Shown here in pieces: positions 37,920 to 47,965 of a stretch of DNA of 56,877 nucleotides. Within the stretch, counting starts at the first letter, position 1, and every line of letters begins with the position of its first letter. The DNA is from a bacterium (lineage in GTDB: Bacteria; Babelota; Babeliae; Babelales; JAUWHS01): NCBI GenBank assembly GCA_030605785.1, contig JAUWHS010000065.1, positions 1 to 56,877 on the forward strand, written 5' to 3'. The translations under genes and the position numbers were made by a program. Below the pieces are notes generated by a model that was not told where the DNA came from, did no database searches, and saw only the letters and a list, made by a program, of their open reading frames with translations.

Positions 37920-40022
37920 ATGTCTAAAATTTTTAAATCTTCTGAATTGGGTATAGAAATAGAATTAGGAAAATATGCTAGACAGGCAGATGGTTCTGTT
38001 TGGCTAAAAAGTGGAGATAATGTTATCTTGTCTACCGTTGTTATGTCAAAAGAGGCAAAAGAATTTATGGGTTTTTTGCCGTTAACGGTTGAATACAGAG
38101 AACGAACGTCTGCTGCCGGAAAATTTCCCGGGGGCTTTATAAAAAGAGAAGGACGTTTGAGTGAACGTGAAATTTTAACCTCAAGATTAATTGATCGTCC
38201 AATAAGACCATTGTTTCCCAAATATTTTTTTAATGAAGTTCAACTTTTAACAACTGTTTTTTCAGCTGATGGAAAAGCTTCTTTAGATATTCTATCGCTT
38301 TTGGCTTCATCTCTTTCCTTATCTCTTTCATCTATTCCTTTTTTTGGTCCCATTGGCGCTGTTAAATTTACAAACGTTGATGGTGAATGGAAAGTTAATG
38401 TTGATCATGACTCTGTTTTAAAATCCAGTTCCAGTATTATCATTGCCGGAACTAAAGATGGCATTTGCATGGCAGAAGGTTATGGTGATAATTTATCTGA
38501 AAAAGAATTTGTAGAATTATTATTAAAAGCTGATGATGAAATTCAAAAACAAATTAATTGGCAACTTGAGATTGTTAAAGAAATGGGTGTTGAAAAACTT
38601 GAATTAAAAACTCAAGTTGATTGGTCTCATTGGGAAAACAAAGTAAAAGAGTATTTAAAACACGAATTAGTTGAGCCTTTATTTGTAGTTGATAAAAAAG
38701 AAAGAAATGAGAGACTTGAAGCTCTTAGAAATGGTTTATATGAGTTTTTATCCGAAGATCTCAAGAATGGTAAAGTAACTTATCCTGTTGTATTATTTCT
38801 TTTTGATTCTGAATTAAAAGATATTATTCCGGATTTGATTTCCAAAAAGAATGCTCGCTTAGATTTAAGAAAATTAAATGAAGTAAGACCAATTTCTAGC
38901 GCGGTTGGTGTTTTACCTTGTGTTCATGGTTCTGCTGTTTTTCAACGAGGAGAAACTCAAGTTTTATCAAGTTTAACACTTGGTACGGCTCAAGATTCTC
39001 AAACAATTGAACCTTTAATTGGAGACACAAAGGATCAGTCTTTTATGATTCATTATAATTTTCCTCCATTTGCGACCGGTGAAGTTCGTCCTATGCGTGG
39101 GGTTAGTAGACGTGAAGTTGGTCATGGAAACTTAGCGCAAACTTCTTTTAAAAATGTTTTACCTTCACAAAAAGATTTTCCTTATACAGAAAGATCAGTT
39201 TGCGATGTTTTGGAATCTAACGGTTCTTCTTCCATGGCAACTGTTTGTTCAACAACTTTATCTTTAATGGACGCGGGTGTTCCAATTAAAGATATGGTTG
39301 GTGGAATCGCAATGGGTTTAATGAAAGATTCTTCCGGGAAATTTCATGTACTCACAGATATTTTAGGAATTGAAGACGGCTTAGGTTTAATGGATTTTAA
39401 AGTTGCCGGTACTGATAAAGGTATTATGGCAATTCAAATGGACGTTAAAGCTAAGTCAGGATTAACAAAAGATATTTTATCTAATGCTTTAGAGCAAGCG
39501 AGAGAAGCAAGAGTTCACATATTAAATGAAATGAAAAAAACATTATCCGCTCCCAAAAAAGAAGTCTCAAGTCTTGCGCCAAAAGTTTCATCTTTCAGCG
39601 TTCCAACTGATAAAATAGGCGCGATTATTGGACCGGGTGGAAAAACAATAAAAGAAATTATCGCTAAGACGGGCGCTCAAATTGATATTGAAGATAATGG
39701 AACAGTTAATGTTTATTCAAAAACTTCTGAATCCTCTAAAGAAGCTGAAAAATGGATTAAAACATTAATTGGTGATATTGAAGTTGGTTCTGTTTGGGAT
39801 GGAACAATCGCCGGTTTTGCTGATTTTGGAATTTTTGTTGATCTTGTTCCCGGTAAATCAGGATTAATTCATATTTCTGCCATTGACAGAGATTTACAAA
39901 GAACTTTAACTGAAAAATATAAAGCAGGTGATCCATTGAAAGTTAAGGTTTTGGATTATGATAAATACTCAGGAAAAATAAGACTGTTTGCTTCTGAATT
40001 GGCAACGAAATCTAAAAAATAA
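37920..40022 (+). CDS. pnp: Polyribonucleotide nucleotidyltransferase (PNPase)
   Basis: Two RNase PH-like domains, a KH motif (IGAIIGPGGKTIKEI) and an S1 domain (GTIAGFADFGIFVDL). 700 aa, following rpsO. Confidence 0.95.
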   Translation: MSKIFKSSELGIEIELGKYARQADGSVWLKSGDNVILSTVVMSKEAKEFMGFLPLTVEYRERTSAAGKFPGGFIKREGRLSEREILTSRLIDRPIRPLFPKYFFNEVQLLTTVFSADGKASLDILSLLASSLSLSLSSIPFFGPIGAVKFTNVDGEWKVNVDHDSVLKSSSSIIIAGTKDGICMAEGYGDNLSEKEFVELLLKADDEIQKQINWQLEIVKEMGVEKLELKTQVDWSHWENKVKEYLKHELVEPLFVVDKKERNERLEALRNGLYEFLSEDLKNGKVTYPVVLFLFDSELKDIIPDLISKKNARLDLRKLNEVRPISSAVGVLPCVHGSAVFQRGETQVLSSLTLGTAQDSQTIEPLIGDTKDQSFMIHYNFPPFATGEVRPMRGVSRREVGHGNLAQTSFKNVLPSQKDFPYTERSVCDVLESNGSSSMATVCSTTLSLMDAGVPIKDMVGGIAMGLMKDSSGKFHVLTDILGIEDGLGLMDFKVAGTDKGIMAIQMDVKAKSGLTKDILSNALEQAREARVHILNEMKKTLSAPKKEVSSLAPKVSSFSVPTDKIGAIIGPGGKTIKEIIAKTGAQIDIEDNGTVNVYSKTSESSKEAEKWIKTLIGDIEVGSVWDGTIAGFADFGIFVDLVPGKSGLIHISAIDRDLQRTLTEKYKAGDPLKVKVLDYDKYSGKIRLFASELATKSKK

Positions 40023-40028
40023 TAAACG

Positions 40029-40883
40029 ATGGAATTAAAAAGAATTGATGGGCGAACTTTAAATCAGGTTCGCCCTATAAATTTTAAATACGATGCTTTA
40101 GGTTATGCTGACGCATCAATTTTATTTGAGATCGGTAATACCAAGGTCTTGGTTTCAGTAACATTACAAAATAAGGTACCTTTCTTTTTGCGCGGAAGCG
40201 GAACAGGTTGGTTAACAGCGGAATACGCTATGCTTCCTAGCGCGACTCAAAAGAGAACCGTCAGAGATTCAAATCAGAATCAAAAAAACGCGCGTGGGGT
40301 GGAAATTTCTCGCTTGATTGGAAGATGTTTAAGAACGGTTGTTGATCTATCTAATTTTGGTGAAAGAACAATTATTATTGATTGTGATGTTTTGCAGGCA
40401 GACGGTGGCACGCGTGTTGCCTGTGTAACCGCGGCAAGCATGGCGTTAAAATTAGCGGAAGCGCGTTGGTTGGATGCCGGTATTTTGCGAAATAATATTA
40501 TTAGAGATTCTTTAGTCGCAATTTCGGTTGGTAGAGTGGATGGACAGCTTTATTTAGATTTGTCATTCGATGAGGATAGCAGGGCTGACGCGGATTTCAA
40601 TTTTATTTTAACGGAGTCAGGTAAAATTATAGAAATTCAGGGTACATCAGAAAAAGAGCCTCTTGATTGGTCTGAATTTGAAGGTCTGAAAAAATTGGCA
40701 ATTAATGGTGTAGATTTTATATTTAATTTTTTAAAAAGCGCAAGTAATACTTTAAGTAAGATTATTGATGAAAAATCTATCAAAATTGAAAAAGAATCAT
40801 ATCGATCCGGTCAAAATAAAAAACAAAATCACAAGACTCCATTTTTTAGTATTGGAAGTCGTTTACCGGAAAAACCTGTTTAA
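40029..40883 (+). CDS. rph: Ribonuclease PH with a C-terminal extension of about 45 aa
   Basis: RIDGRTLNQVRPI, GTGWLTAEYAMLP and DCDVLQADGGTR. The protein is 284 aa, compared with about 240 aa in typical RNase PH as I recall it. Confidence 0.9.
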   Translation: MELKRIDGRTLNQVRPINFKYDALGYADASILFEIGNTKVLVSVTLQNKVPFFLRGSGTGWLTAEYAMLPSATQKRTVRDSNQNQKNARGVEISRLIGRCLRTVVDLSNFGERTIIIDCDVLQADGGTRVACVTAASMALKLAEARWLDAGILRNNIIRDSLVAISVGRVDGQLYLDLSFDEDSRADADFNFILTESGKIIEIQGTSEKEPLDWSEFEGLKKLAINGVDFIFNFLKSASNTLSKIIDEKSIKIEKESYRSGQNKKQNHKTPFFSIGSRLPEKPV

Positions 40884-40903
40884 TAGTTTATTAAAGTTAA
40901 ATA

Positions 40904-41440
40904 ATGTTGCGCCGCAAGATAAAATTTTTTTTATTTTTTTTTATTCTATCTTTTTCTTCATGTGTGCATGAATCTTCAGTTAGAAATAAATCTTTAGTTG
41001 CTTTAAATAATACTTCTGTTTCTATTGAAATGCCGAAAAATATTTTGGTATTCGAAAACATCGCGCCTGTTATTTATGAAGAACTTTATAATCACCTTAA
41101 TAGAGTTGGGTTTAATTTAAGTGATAAAATCAATCCCGATTTTATTTTAAAAAGTGAGGTTAAAAAATTAGAAAGATTTGGTAAAATTATTTCACCTGAT
41201 ATTTTGTCTTACGGTTTTAATTTCAGGCTTGAAGTTTTGTGTTATCTTTTTGATAAAAATAATAAATTGTTAAAAACAAAAGAGTTTAAGGTTCCAATTG
41301 TTGTATATAAACCGGAAGATCAGATTTTAAACTCTAATTTTTATAGTTATAGCTATGAAAAATTAGCAAAAAGAATAGCGATAAAAATTGAACAATATTT
41401 TAGGCCATATTTTCTAAACAAAAAGATTAATGAAGTTTAA
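40904..41440 (+). CDS. Putative LPS-assembly lipoprotein LptE-like
   Basis: Lipoprotein-like N-terminus (LSFSSC) and a size near 180 aa. It sits immediately upstream of, and overlaps, the putative holA, which is the lptE-holA synteny known from proteobacteria. No strong sequence motif was recognised. Confidence 0.35.
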   Translation: MLRRKIKFFLFFFILSFSSCVHESSVRNKSLVALNNTSVSIEMPKNILVFENIAPVIYEELYNHLNRVGFNLSDKINPDFILKSEVKKLERFGKIISPDILSYGFNFRLEVLCYLFDKNNKLLKTKEFKVPIVVYKPEDQILNSNFYSYSYEKLAKRIAIKIEQYFRPYFLNKKINEV

Positions 41441-42401
41441 AGAATTTATAGATAATTTAAATACAACATCATTTAAATTTAATAAAAGAATCACCTGTTT
41501 TGTCGGTGATGAATCACCACTTTTGTTTTTTAGTAATTTGTTTGAGTTATTAAAAGCAAAATCTAAATTTCCTGCTGAATTAAAAAAAATAAATTTAAAT
41601 TCTAAGGACAAAGCTTATTTTTATTCTTCACTGACACAAAGCTTTTTGGGTCAAAGTAATTTTTATTGGTTAGGAGATATTGCTCAGGTTTTTAGTTCAA
41701 AAAACAAAGTGGAGCTTTTAAAATTTTTGTCTACGTATAAAGGCCCTCACTTTATTTCTTTTTTCTTACCTAAAGATGAAAAAAGAGAAATAAAATCTAT
41801 TTCTAAAAATATTGAGATAATTGAAATTGAAAACAATGTTGATAAATCAATATTTATTGAATTATTAGATTTATTTGAAGTAAAAACAAATAAACAAAAA
41901 CTTAAAGTAATTGGCGATAAGATATTTTTAAATTCTACTTATTCTTTGGATGTCGCCTGCATGTTAATGAAATATTTTGAGCTTATTAACATTCGTTACG
42001 CGGATGAATTTAGTAATTATTTATCTTCTGTTTTAGGATCGCAACCGTCTTTGTACACTCTGTCAGACGCTTTTTTCGCAAAAAAAGAAAAGTTTTTTTT
42101 TGATTTATGGCAAGATATTGGTTCCTGTTATTCAGATATGTTTTGGATTTCTTTTTGGTCGGATCAAATTTTTAGAGCGTATTATGTTGTTAAATTTTTG
42201 GAGCAAAAGGATTTTGTAAAAGCTAAACGATCTAGTTTTAGGTTGCCATACAATTTTATGAAAAGAGATTATAAACAATTTAGCCTGGAAAAATTGGCAA
42301 ATTATTATGAGTTTTTATTTAACATTGATTTTGCAATTAAAAAAGGATCATCCTTTTGTTCATTGGATCTATTTTATTTAAATCACTTTGTTAGCAATTA
42401 A
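41430..42401 (+). CDS. holA: Putative DNA polymerase III delta subunit
   Basis: The size (323 aa), the N-terminal CFVGDESPLL resembling the delta YLLxGEE block, and synteny. This is a weak call made without an alignment. Confidence 0.45.
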   Translation: MKFKEFIDNLNTTSFKFNKRITCFVGDESPLLFFSNLFELLKAKSKFPAELKKINLNSKDKAYFYSSLTQSFLGQSNFYWLGDIAQVFSSKNKVELLKFLSTYKGPHFISFFLPKDEKREIKSISKNIEIIEIENNVDKSIFIELLDLFEVKTNKQKLKVIGDKIFLNSTYSLDVACMLMKYFELINIRYADEFSNYLSSVLGSQPSLYTLSDAFFAKKEKFFFDLWQDIGSCYSDMFWISFWSDQIFRAYYVVKFLEQKDFVKAKRSSFRLPYNFMKRDYKQFSLEKLANYYEFLFNIDFAIKKGSSFCSLDLFYLNHFVSN

Positions 42402-42419
42402 CTTTTTTAGGGAGAATTA

Positions 42420-42674
42420 GTGTCATCCTTGCATGATATTTTGAAAAAAAATGTAAAACAGATGGTTTTAGCAATTGGAACAAATCAAAAAGGAAATATT
42501 CATCCTTTAATTATGCAAGAAGTTGAAAGCTCTTTGATTAGTGTTGTTCTTGATGAAACTAAGCATAATTACTTTGTCGCGGCAAAAATTTTAGGAATTA
42601 GTCGTAGTACTTTGTATCGAAAGCTTGAATTATTAGGTCTTCAAAATAAAAAGTCTGAAGAAAAAAATTATTAA
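42420..42674 (+). CDS. Fis-family helix-turn-helix DNA-binding protein
   Basis: C-terminal HTH_8-type KHNYFVAAKILGISRSTLYRKLELLG. GTG start after AGGGAG. Confidence 0.7.
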   Translation: MSSLHDILKKNVKQMVLAIGTNQKGNIHPLIMQEVESSLISVVLDETKHNYFVAAKILGISRSTLYRKLELLGLQNKKSEEKNY

Positions 42675-42682
42675 TAAGTTTG

Positions 42683-43636
42683 TTATCCGACTTGAAGCGT
42701 TTCAGATTTTATTTTTTGTTTTTCAAGAACTTTATCAAAAACATTACTGAAGAAATTTACTAACAAAGTTGAAAAGCCACCATCTTCATCATTGTCATCT
42801 TCTTGCCCTCGCAGATATTTTAAAAGACCTGTAGCGCGCTTTGCTTTAATGAATCTGATTTCTTCGTCTTCTTTTATTCCGGTTAATTTTTTTATTTCCT
42901 CTATTGCTTCACTTAAAGAACCAATTTTGTCTATAAGTTTTAATTTTAACGCCTCGTTTCCGGTAAAGACTTTTCCGTCGGCCCATTTTTTAAATGAGGC
43001 TTTATCAACATTTCTACAGGAGGAAACGTCATTTATAAATTGGTCATAAATGCTATCTGAGATTGTTTGAAAATATTCTTTTTCTTCCGCTGTCATATCT
43101 TGAAATGGATTACCTGCAGTTTTATATTTTCCGGATTGAACAAAATTAAATTTTATTTTCCAATCTTCCATTAATCCTTTTATATTTGGTAATTGTACAA
43201 AACCTCCGATGCTACCAACCAAGGATGATGGTTGCGATATTATAGTACTGCCTGCTACAGCAATGTAGTATGCAGCTGATGCGCAAACATTTTCAATCAA
43301 AATTACAATAGGCTTTTTTTCTTTGTATTTTTTTAATTCATTAAAAATTGCCTGACTGCTGCCGGGTACACCGCCAGGGGAGTTTATTTTAATGAACAAA
43401 CCTTTGATATCTGAGTTTTTCGCGAAGGATCGGATTTTTTTTACGAAAAAAGTTGAATCACCAATAAAACCATTTATTGTAAGATGTCCGATTTTAGGTT
43501 TTGGCGAAATTGCCTCTTCAATTGTTTTTTTTATGTTTGTAAAAAACATTGGTAAAATTTGCAAAATTATTATGACGAGAAATAATGTTTTTAAAATGCC
43601 CCAAAAAGAAAAAGATTTCTTTTTTTGTTCTTCCAT
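42683..43636 (-). CDS. sppA: Signal peptide peptidase SppA (36K type)
   Basis: N-terminal TM helix, INSPGGVPGSSQAIFNEL, ASAAYYIAVAG and SLVGSIG. Confidence 0.85.
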   Translation of the reverse strand: MEEQKKKSFSFWGILKTLFLVIIILQILPMFFTNIKKTIEEAISPKPKIGHLTINGFIGDSTFFVKKIRSFAKNSDIKGLFIKINSPGGVPGSSQAIFNELKKYKEKKPIVILIENVCASAAYYIAVAGSTIISQPSSLVGSIGGFVQLPNIKGLMEDWKIKFNFVQSGKYKTAGNPFQDMTAEEKEYFQTISDSIYDQFINDVSSCRNVDKASFKKWADGKVFTGNEALKLKLIDKIGSLSEAIEEIKKLTGIKEDEEIRFIKAKRATGLLKYLRGQEDDNDEDGGFSTLLVNFFSNVFDKVLEKQKIKSETLQVG

Positions 43637-43693
43637 TTATTTGCTCCTGAAATTTTTTAAAAATTAATTATGAAACGAGATTAATACTTCTTT

Positions 43694-43927
43694 TTATTGC
43701 TTAATTTTGTCAGGTGTTCTACTTGATTCTACTTCTCTGAAAATTTCTTTTTTAACTCCACAATTTGGACAAGTAAAATCATCGGGAAGATCCGTAAATT
43801 TTATTACTTTGCCTTCTTTGGTTTTTTGCGCGGATTCAATATCATAAAGATACCCGCATACTGAACATTCGTATGCGGGTATTATATTAGTTTCTTTATC
43901 TAATAAAACGTTGTTATTTTTTTTCAT
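43694..43927 (-). CDS. Rubredoxin-like protein
   Basis: YECSVCGYLYD ... DLPDDFTCPNCGVKKEIF, the two CxxCG knuckles of rubredoxin. Confidence 0.8.
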   Translation of the reverse strand: MKKNNNVLLDKETNIIPAYECSVCGYLYDIESAQKTKEGKVIKFTDLPDDFTCPNCGVKKEIFREVESSRTPDKIKQ

Positions 43928-43963
43928 TCATTACTACCATTTTTTATTTAAAGTAATTAGAAA

Positions 43964-44428
43964 TTATGCATGTTCCGGAGTTGCTTTTTGAGGCTTAGTG
44001 TTAAAAGCGATCGTTTGATTTTTTTTATGTTTGATTTTTTGAATTATAATTTTATCATCTGTGCATTTGTTAAATATAAATTCAACTCTAGCGTTTTTAA
44101 GATTTTTGTCATTTGAAGTTAATGGAAATTCTTCACAGTCATAAGATGGATCTTTTCTGTAACTTGTGTGGAAAACTTTTGTTTGTGTTGATTGTAGTTT
44201 GTTCCCTTTCAGCTCATAAGAACATTTAATCATGTGAATGTCTTTTTCAGTTTCAAGTTTTTGTTGAATTTTTGTTTTGGCATCTTCAATAAGATCTATT
44301 TTTTGATTGTCTCGCCAATAATTAGGCTCATTTTTCGTAAATGTTCCTGACATTGAAATTAAATTTACAGTGATGAATAATGTTAAAAAAATGTTAGTAA
44401 TATTTGTTAATTTAAAAATATTTTTCAT
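43964..44428 (-). CDS. Hypothetical secreted protein
   Basis: Signal-like N-terminus. No recognisable motif. Confidence 0.4.
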   Translation of the reverse strand: MKNIFKLTNITNIFLTLFITVNLISMSGTFTKNEPNYWRDNQKIDLIEDAKTKIQQKLETEKDIHMIKCSYELKGNKLQSTQTKVFHTSYRKDPSYDCEEFPLTSNDKNLKNARVEFIFNKCTDDKIIIQKIKHKKNQTIAFNTKPQKATPEHA

Positions 44429-44623
44429 AAACTTTTTTACCTTTATTTTTAATTTTCAATTCTAATAACCAAGCACTTATACCATTTTTATATTGTAACA
44501 AGCAAGTTTTTTATTGTTCCTGAGATACAAAGAAGATGTTGTTTTTTCTTTTAAGTTTGATTACTTAAGAATCTATTAGAAATCGATAGAAAAGTCAAAA
44601 GCCATGAAATCTGAAATTTTTAA

Positions 44624-45493
44624 TTATTTGTAAAAAACTTCGATCCAGCGGTTTTTTTGCTGTAAATCTTTGAAAATTTGCCCTTTAAAGCAATTTTCAG
44701 TTTGAATGATTTTTAAAGTATTATTTCCTTGTTTTTCTCCAATTTCCAATATTAATTGAGGTATTTCGTGTTTAATTAATAAATCGCTTTTTTCTAAAAA
44801 AATGGGAGCTTTTTTAATGATTTTTTCGATTATTTCCAATCCTTGTTTATTGGCGACAAGAGCCTTTTTATCTTCCCATAAAACTATGTTTTTATCTAAA
44901 TTTTGCCATTCTTTTTCCCTAATATAGGGAGGATTACTTATTATTAGATCAAACTTTCGCATGGAAAGTTTTTCATAGAGATCAGATTTTATTATTGTTA
45001 CATTTTTTATATTATTAAACTCTGTGTTTTTTTTAATCAATTTAATTGCTTTTGGATTTATATCCGTACAGGTAACGTGAAAGTTTTTAAATTCTTTTGC
45101 GATTGAAAGTCCAATGCAACCGCTCCCCGAACAAAGATCTAAAATTTTTATTTTTTCATTTTTAACTTTTTCTAGTCTTTTAATTAATAAGTCACATAAA
45201 TATTCTGTTTCGGGTCTTGGTATTAAAATTGGTTCTTCAACCTTTATCGTAAGATTGCAAAATGGAACAGTTCCTAAAATATATTGAATCGGTTTATCGT
45301 CTTTTATTATTAGTTTTAGCCATTTTGCTAATGTTGTTTTTTGTGATGTTGTTAAGTTAATTGTTTTTTGAATTAATAATTTAGATTTGGTTTTTCCGGT
45401 TAATTTTTGCAAAAGATACCATGCGTCTTGTTCAGCATTTGATTCATGATACCTTTTGCAGGATAGAAGTTTTTCTTTTATTGTTTTTAACAT
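44624..45493 (-). CDS. prmC: Release-factor glutamine N5-methyltransferase PrmC (HemK)
   Basis: PIQYILG, RPETE, the SAM motif DLCSGSGCIG and catalytic NPPY. Confidence 0.9.
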   Translation of the reverse strand: MLKTIKEKLLSCKRYHESNAEQDAWYLLQKLTGKTKSKLLIQKTINLTTSQKTTLAKWLKLIIKDDKPIQYILGTVPFCNLTIKVEEPILIPRPETEYLCDLLIKRLEKVKNEKIKILDLCSGSGCIGLSIAKEFKNFHVTCTDINPKAIKLIKKNTEFNNIKNVTIIKSDLYEKLSMRKFDLIISNPPYIREKEWQNLDKNIVLWEDKKALVANKQGLEIIEKIIKKAPIFLEKSDLLIKHEIPQLILEIGEKQGNNTLKIIQTENCFKGQIFKDLQQKNRWIEVFYK

Positions 45494-45513
45494 TGTTTTT
45501 GTTGTAAAGATCT

Positions 45514-46389
45514 TTAAATGTTAAATGGTTGGAATGTTAAATCGTTTTCACTCATTTCAGGAATATTGCGCGGTTTTATTTCAGAGGGATTGAAGACAAA
45601 TTCAGGCTCTTCTGTTTCTTCTTCACCGCGAACTTCAATTCCTTTAGTTTCAATCTCACAGCTGCTTTCTGAGCACTCGTTCCCCTGTTCCTGGTTGGAA
45701 AGATAAAGAGTCGCGAGAAGAAGATTAAATGAATTTCCAATTAAATTGTTAACTTTTTCAATTAATTTATAAAGATTGTCTCTTAAATCATTTAATTTTG
45801 AAATTGTAGAATTTAATTTTTCAGAGATTTTATTATTACTTTTTACTTCAACTCTGTCTTTTAAGTTATCTAAGATTAATATTTGTTCATCAATGTTTTT
45901 TTGTTCTTCTATTAAGTCACTTGCGAAGTTAATGAATATAGTTCTTGGGTTTTCGTAGCTTTCACTTAATTTATAAAAAAATTCACCAAATGAATTAATA
46001 GTATTTTGTCTGGTTTGTTCTTTTTCCATTAATTCAACTAATTCAAATTGATTTGCCCATTTAATAAAATTTTCAATTAAGTTTTGTGAGAATTCTATTT
46101 GATCGTTAGCTTCTTTTTCTACTTTTGAGGTATATGTTGGTAGACCTTTTACAGTTGATCCATGAGCAACTTTTATAATGTCCGCAAGCTGGTTTTTTGG
46201 GTCATTTTCTTTGTTTTCTTTTGTTTGTTCAATATATTTTTTAAAAGAATTTTTATCTAATTTTTCACTATTTTTTAGAGCGTCAACAACAGAGCTGCGA
46301 ACTTTTTGTAACCCAATTGATCCGATTCTCGCGAAATTGTTATTAATAGCAAAGACGCTAATTGTGAGAACAAGAAGTTTTTTATTCAT
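45514..46389 (-). CDS. Hypothetical secreted coiled-coil protein with acidic C-terminus
   Basis: Signal-like MNKKLLVLTISVFAINNNFA. Helical, Lys/Glu-rich body. No family motif recognised. Confidence 0.4.
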   Translation of the reverse strand: MNKKLLVLTISVFAINNNFARIGSIGLQKVRSSVVDALKNSEKLDKNSFKKYIEQTKENKENDPKNQLADIIKVAHGSTVKGLPTYTSKVEKEANDQIEFSQNLIENFIKWANQFELVELMEKEQTRQNTINSFGEFFYKLSESYENPRTIFINFASDLIEEQKNIDEQILILDNLKDRVEVKSNNKISEKLNSTISKLNDLRDNLYKLIEKVNNLIGNSFNLLLATLYLSNQEQGNECSESSCEIETKGIEVRGEEETEEPEFVFNPSEIKPRNIPEMSENDLTFQPFNI

Positions 46390-46414
46390 GATTTTTTCTC
46401 CTTTTTATAATTTG

Positions 46415-47353
46415 TTATTCGAACAATCCTTTCACATATTCTTTGACATCAAAAGGTGATATATCTCCAATGCTTTCTCCAAATGTAACATATAAAATAG
46501 GAAGTTGAAGTTTTTCGGTTATTGAAAAAACGATACCACCTTTACCTGTGCCATCAAGTTTTGTTAATACTAGTCCGTTAAGATTAGTTGCCTCATTAAA
46601 AATTTCAGCTTGAGAAAAAGAATTTTGACCCAGCATTGCGTCAATAGTTAACCAAGTTTTTATTTCTTTGTTTGGTAGTCGTTTTGTTATAATTTTTATA
46701 ATTTTTTCGAGTTCTTTCATCAAATGTGTTTTAGATTGTAATCTTCCTGCTGTATCTATAATTATGTGATCAAAGTTTTCAGATTCAAATTTTTGACAAG
46801 CATCAAAAATAACCGATGCCGGATCTTGATTTTGTTTGCCGATAAAAACTTCAAGGTCTATTTTTTGCGCCCAATTTTGTAATTGTTCTGTTGCCGCTGC
46901 CCTAAAAGTATCACCGGCAACAAGTAAAACTTTTTTGTTTTTTAATAAATTTGCGAATTTTGCAATAAAGGTTGTTTTTCCACTTCCATTTACTCCAACT
47001 ATAAGTAGAACCTTGGGTTTTAATTCTTGTTCCGTTTGATGTTTATTAAGATGATCTATTAAAAGTTTTTCAAGTTCATCCTTTGTTTCTTGTAGATTAT
47101 TTATTTTTTGATTTTTTATATCGGTTTTTAATTTCTCAATTATTTTGTTTGTTGTTTTAACACCTGTATCGGCAGAAATTAAAAGAGAATAAAGTTCTTT
47201 TATAAAAGCTTCATCTAATTTATTTTCTGAAAAAATCGAAGTCGCTTTTGTTGTAAATTGATCATAGACTTTTTTGAATTTATTTTTTATAAAACCAATC
47301 ATTTTGCTCCTGTTTATTAAGTTTAAATTGGACTTGTAATAAAAGGGTATCAT
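46415..47353 (-). CDS. ftsY: Signal recognition particle receptor FtsY
   Basis: GVNGSGKTTFIAK, AGDTFRAAA, DTAGR and TKLDGTGKGG. Confidence 0.95.
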   Translation of the reverse strand: MIPFYYKSNLNLINRSKMIGFIKNKFKKVYDQFTTKATSIFSENKLDEAFIKELYSLLISADTGVKTTNKIIEKLKTDIKNQKINNLQETKDELEKLLIDHLNKHQTEQELKPKVLLIVGVNGSGKTTFIAKFANLLKNKKVLLVAGDTFRAAATEQLQNWAQKIDLEVFIGKQNQDPASVIFDACQKFESENFDHIIIDTAGRLQSKTHLMKELEKIIKIITKRLPNKEIKTWLTIDAMLGQNSFSQAEIFNEATNLNGLVLTKLDGTGKGGIVFSITEKLQLPILYVTFGESIGDISPFDVKEYVKGLFE

Positions 47354-47362
47354 ATAAAAAAT

Positions 47363-47965
47363 TTACAGATTCTCAATTCTGCGCAAAAATAGCTTCATTC
47401 TTCTATAATCATTTCCCGTTAAAATCGAAAATGTTTGGCAAAAGCTATCAAGCTTTATAGTAGTTAATTCATTTTTGGTTTTTAGATTTTGCAGAATTGC
47501 GATTAATAATTCATCTAAATTTGTTATCTGATTTGAAAAGCCAAATAAGATGTATAAAAAATCAGGTTTGTTAAAAAACAATGTGGCTATTTTTTTATCT
47601 GCTTTTTTTATAAAACTATGAATTTTACATGGCTTTGGTGGAATTGTGTAAAATATTTTTTCTTCTTGGAAGGAACCAAGAACTTGAACCTTAAAAGTTG
47701 TTTTTAAAAATTCAAAAATTTGAGGTTGTTCTTTAATTAATTCTTCTTCTGTTTTTTGGTACGCAAATGGATATCGCATGGGATCCATCGAACCGGTTTG
47801 AATTTGTGTTACGCAACCTAAAATTATTTTATCTTCGCTTTTTGCTTGAATTAAAGAACCGAATTCAGGAAAAAAATCCCATTGCCAACATTGAGCTAAA
47901 AAATTATCAAGACTACTCTCAATAACTTCAGCAAAAAAATCAGAACAAATTTTGCTGCCGGTCAT
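47363..47965 (-). CDS. Hypothetical protein (200 aa) overlapping the rnhB 3' end by 26 nt
   Basis: The ORF is tightly packed between rnhB and ftsY. No motif recognised. Confidence 0.4.
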   Translation of the reverse strand: MTGSKICSDFFAEVIESSLDNFLAQCWQWDFFPEFGSLIQAKSEDKIILGCVTQIQTGSMDPMRYPFAYQKTEEELIKEQPQIFEFLKTTFKVQVLGSFQEEKIFYTIPPKPCKIHSFIKKADKKIATLFFNKPDFLYILFGFSNQITNLDELLIAILQNLKTKNELTTIKLDSFCQTFSILTGNDYRRMKLFLRRIENL

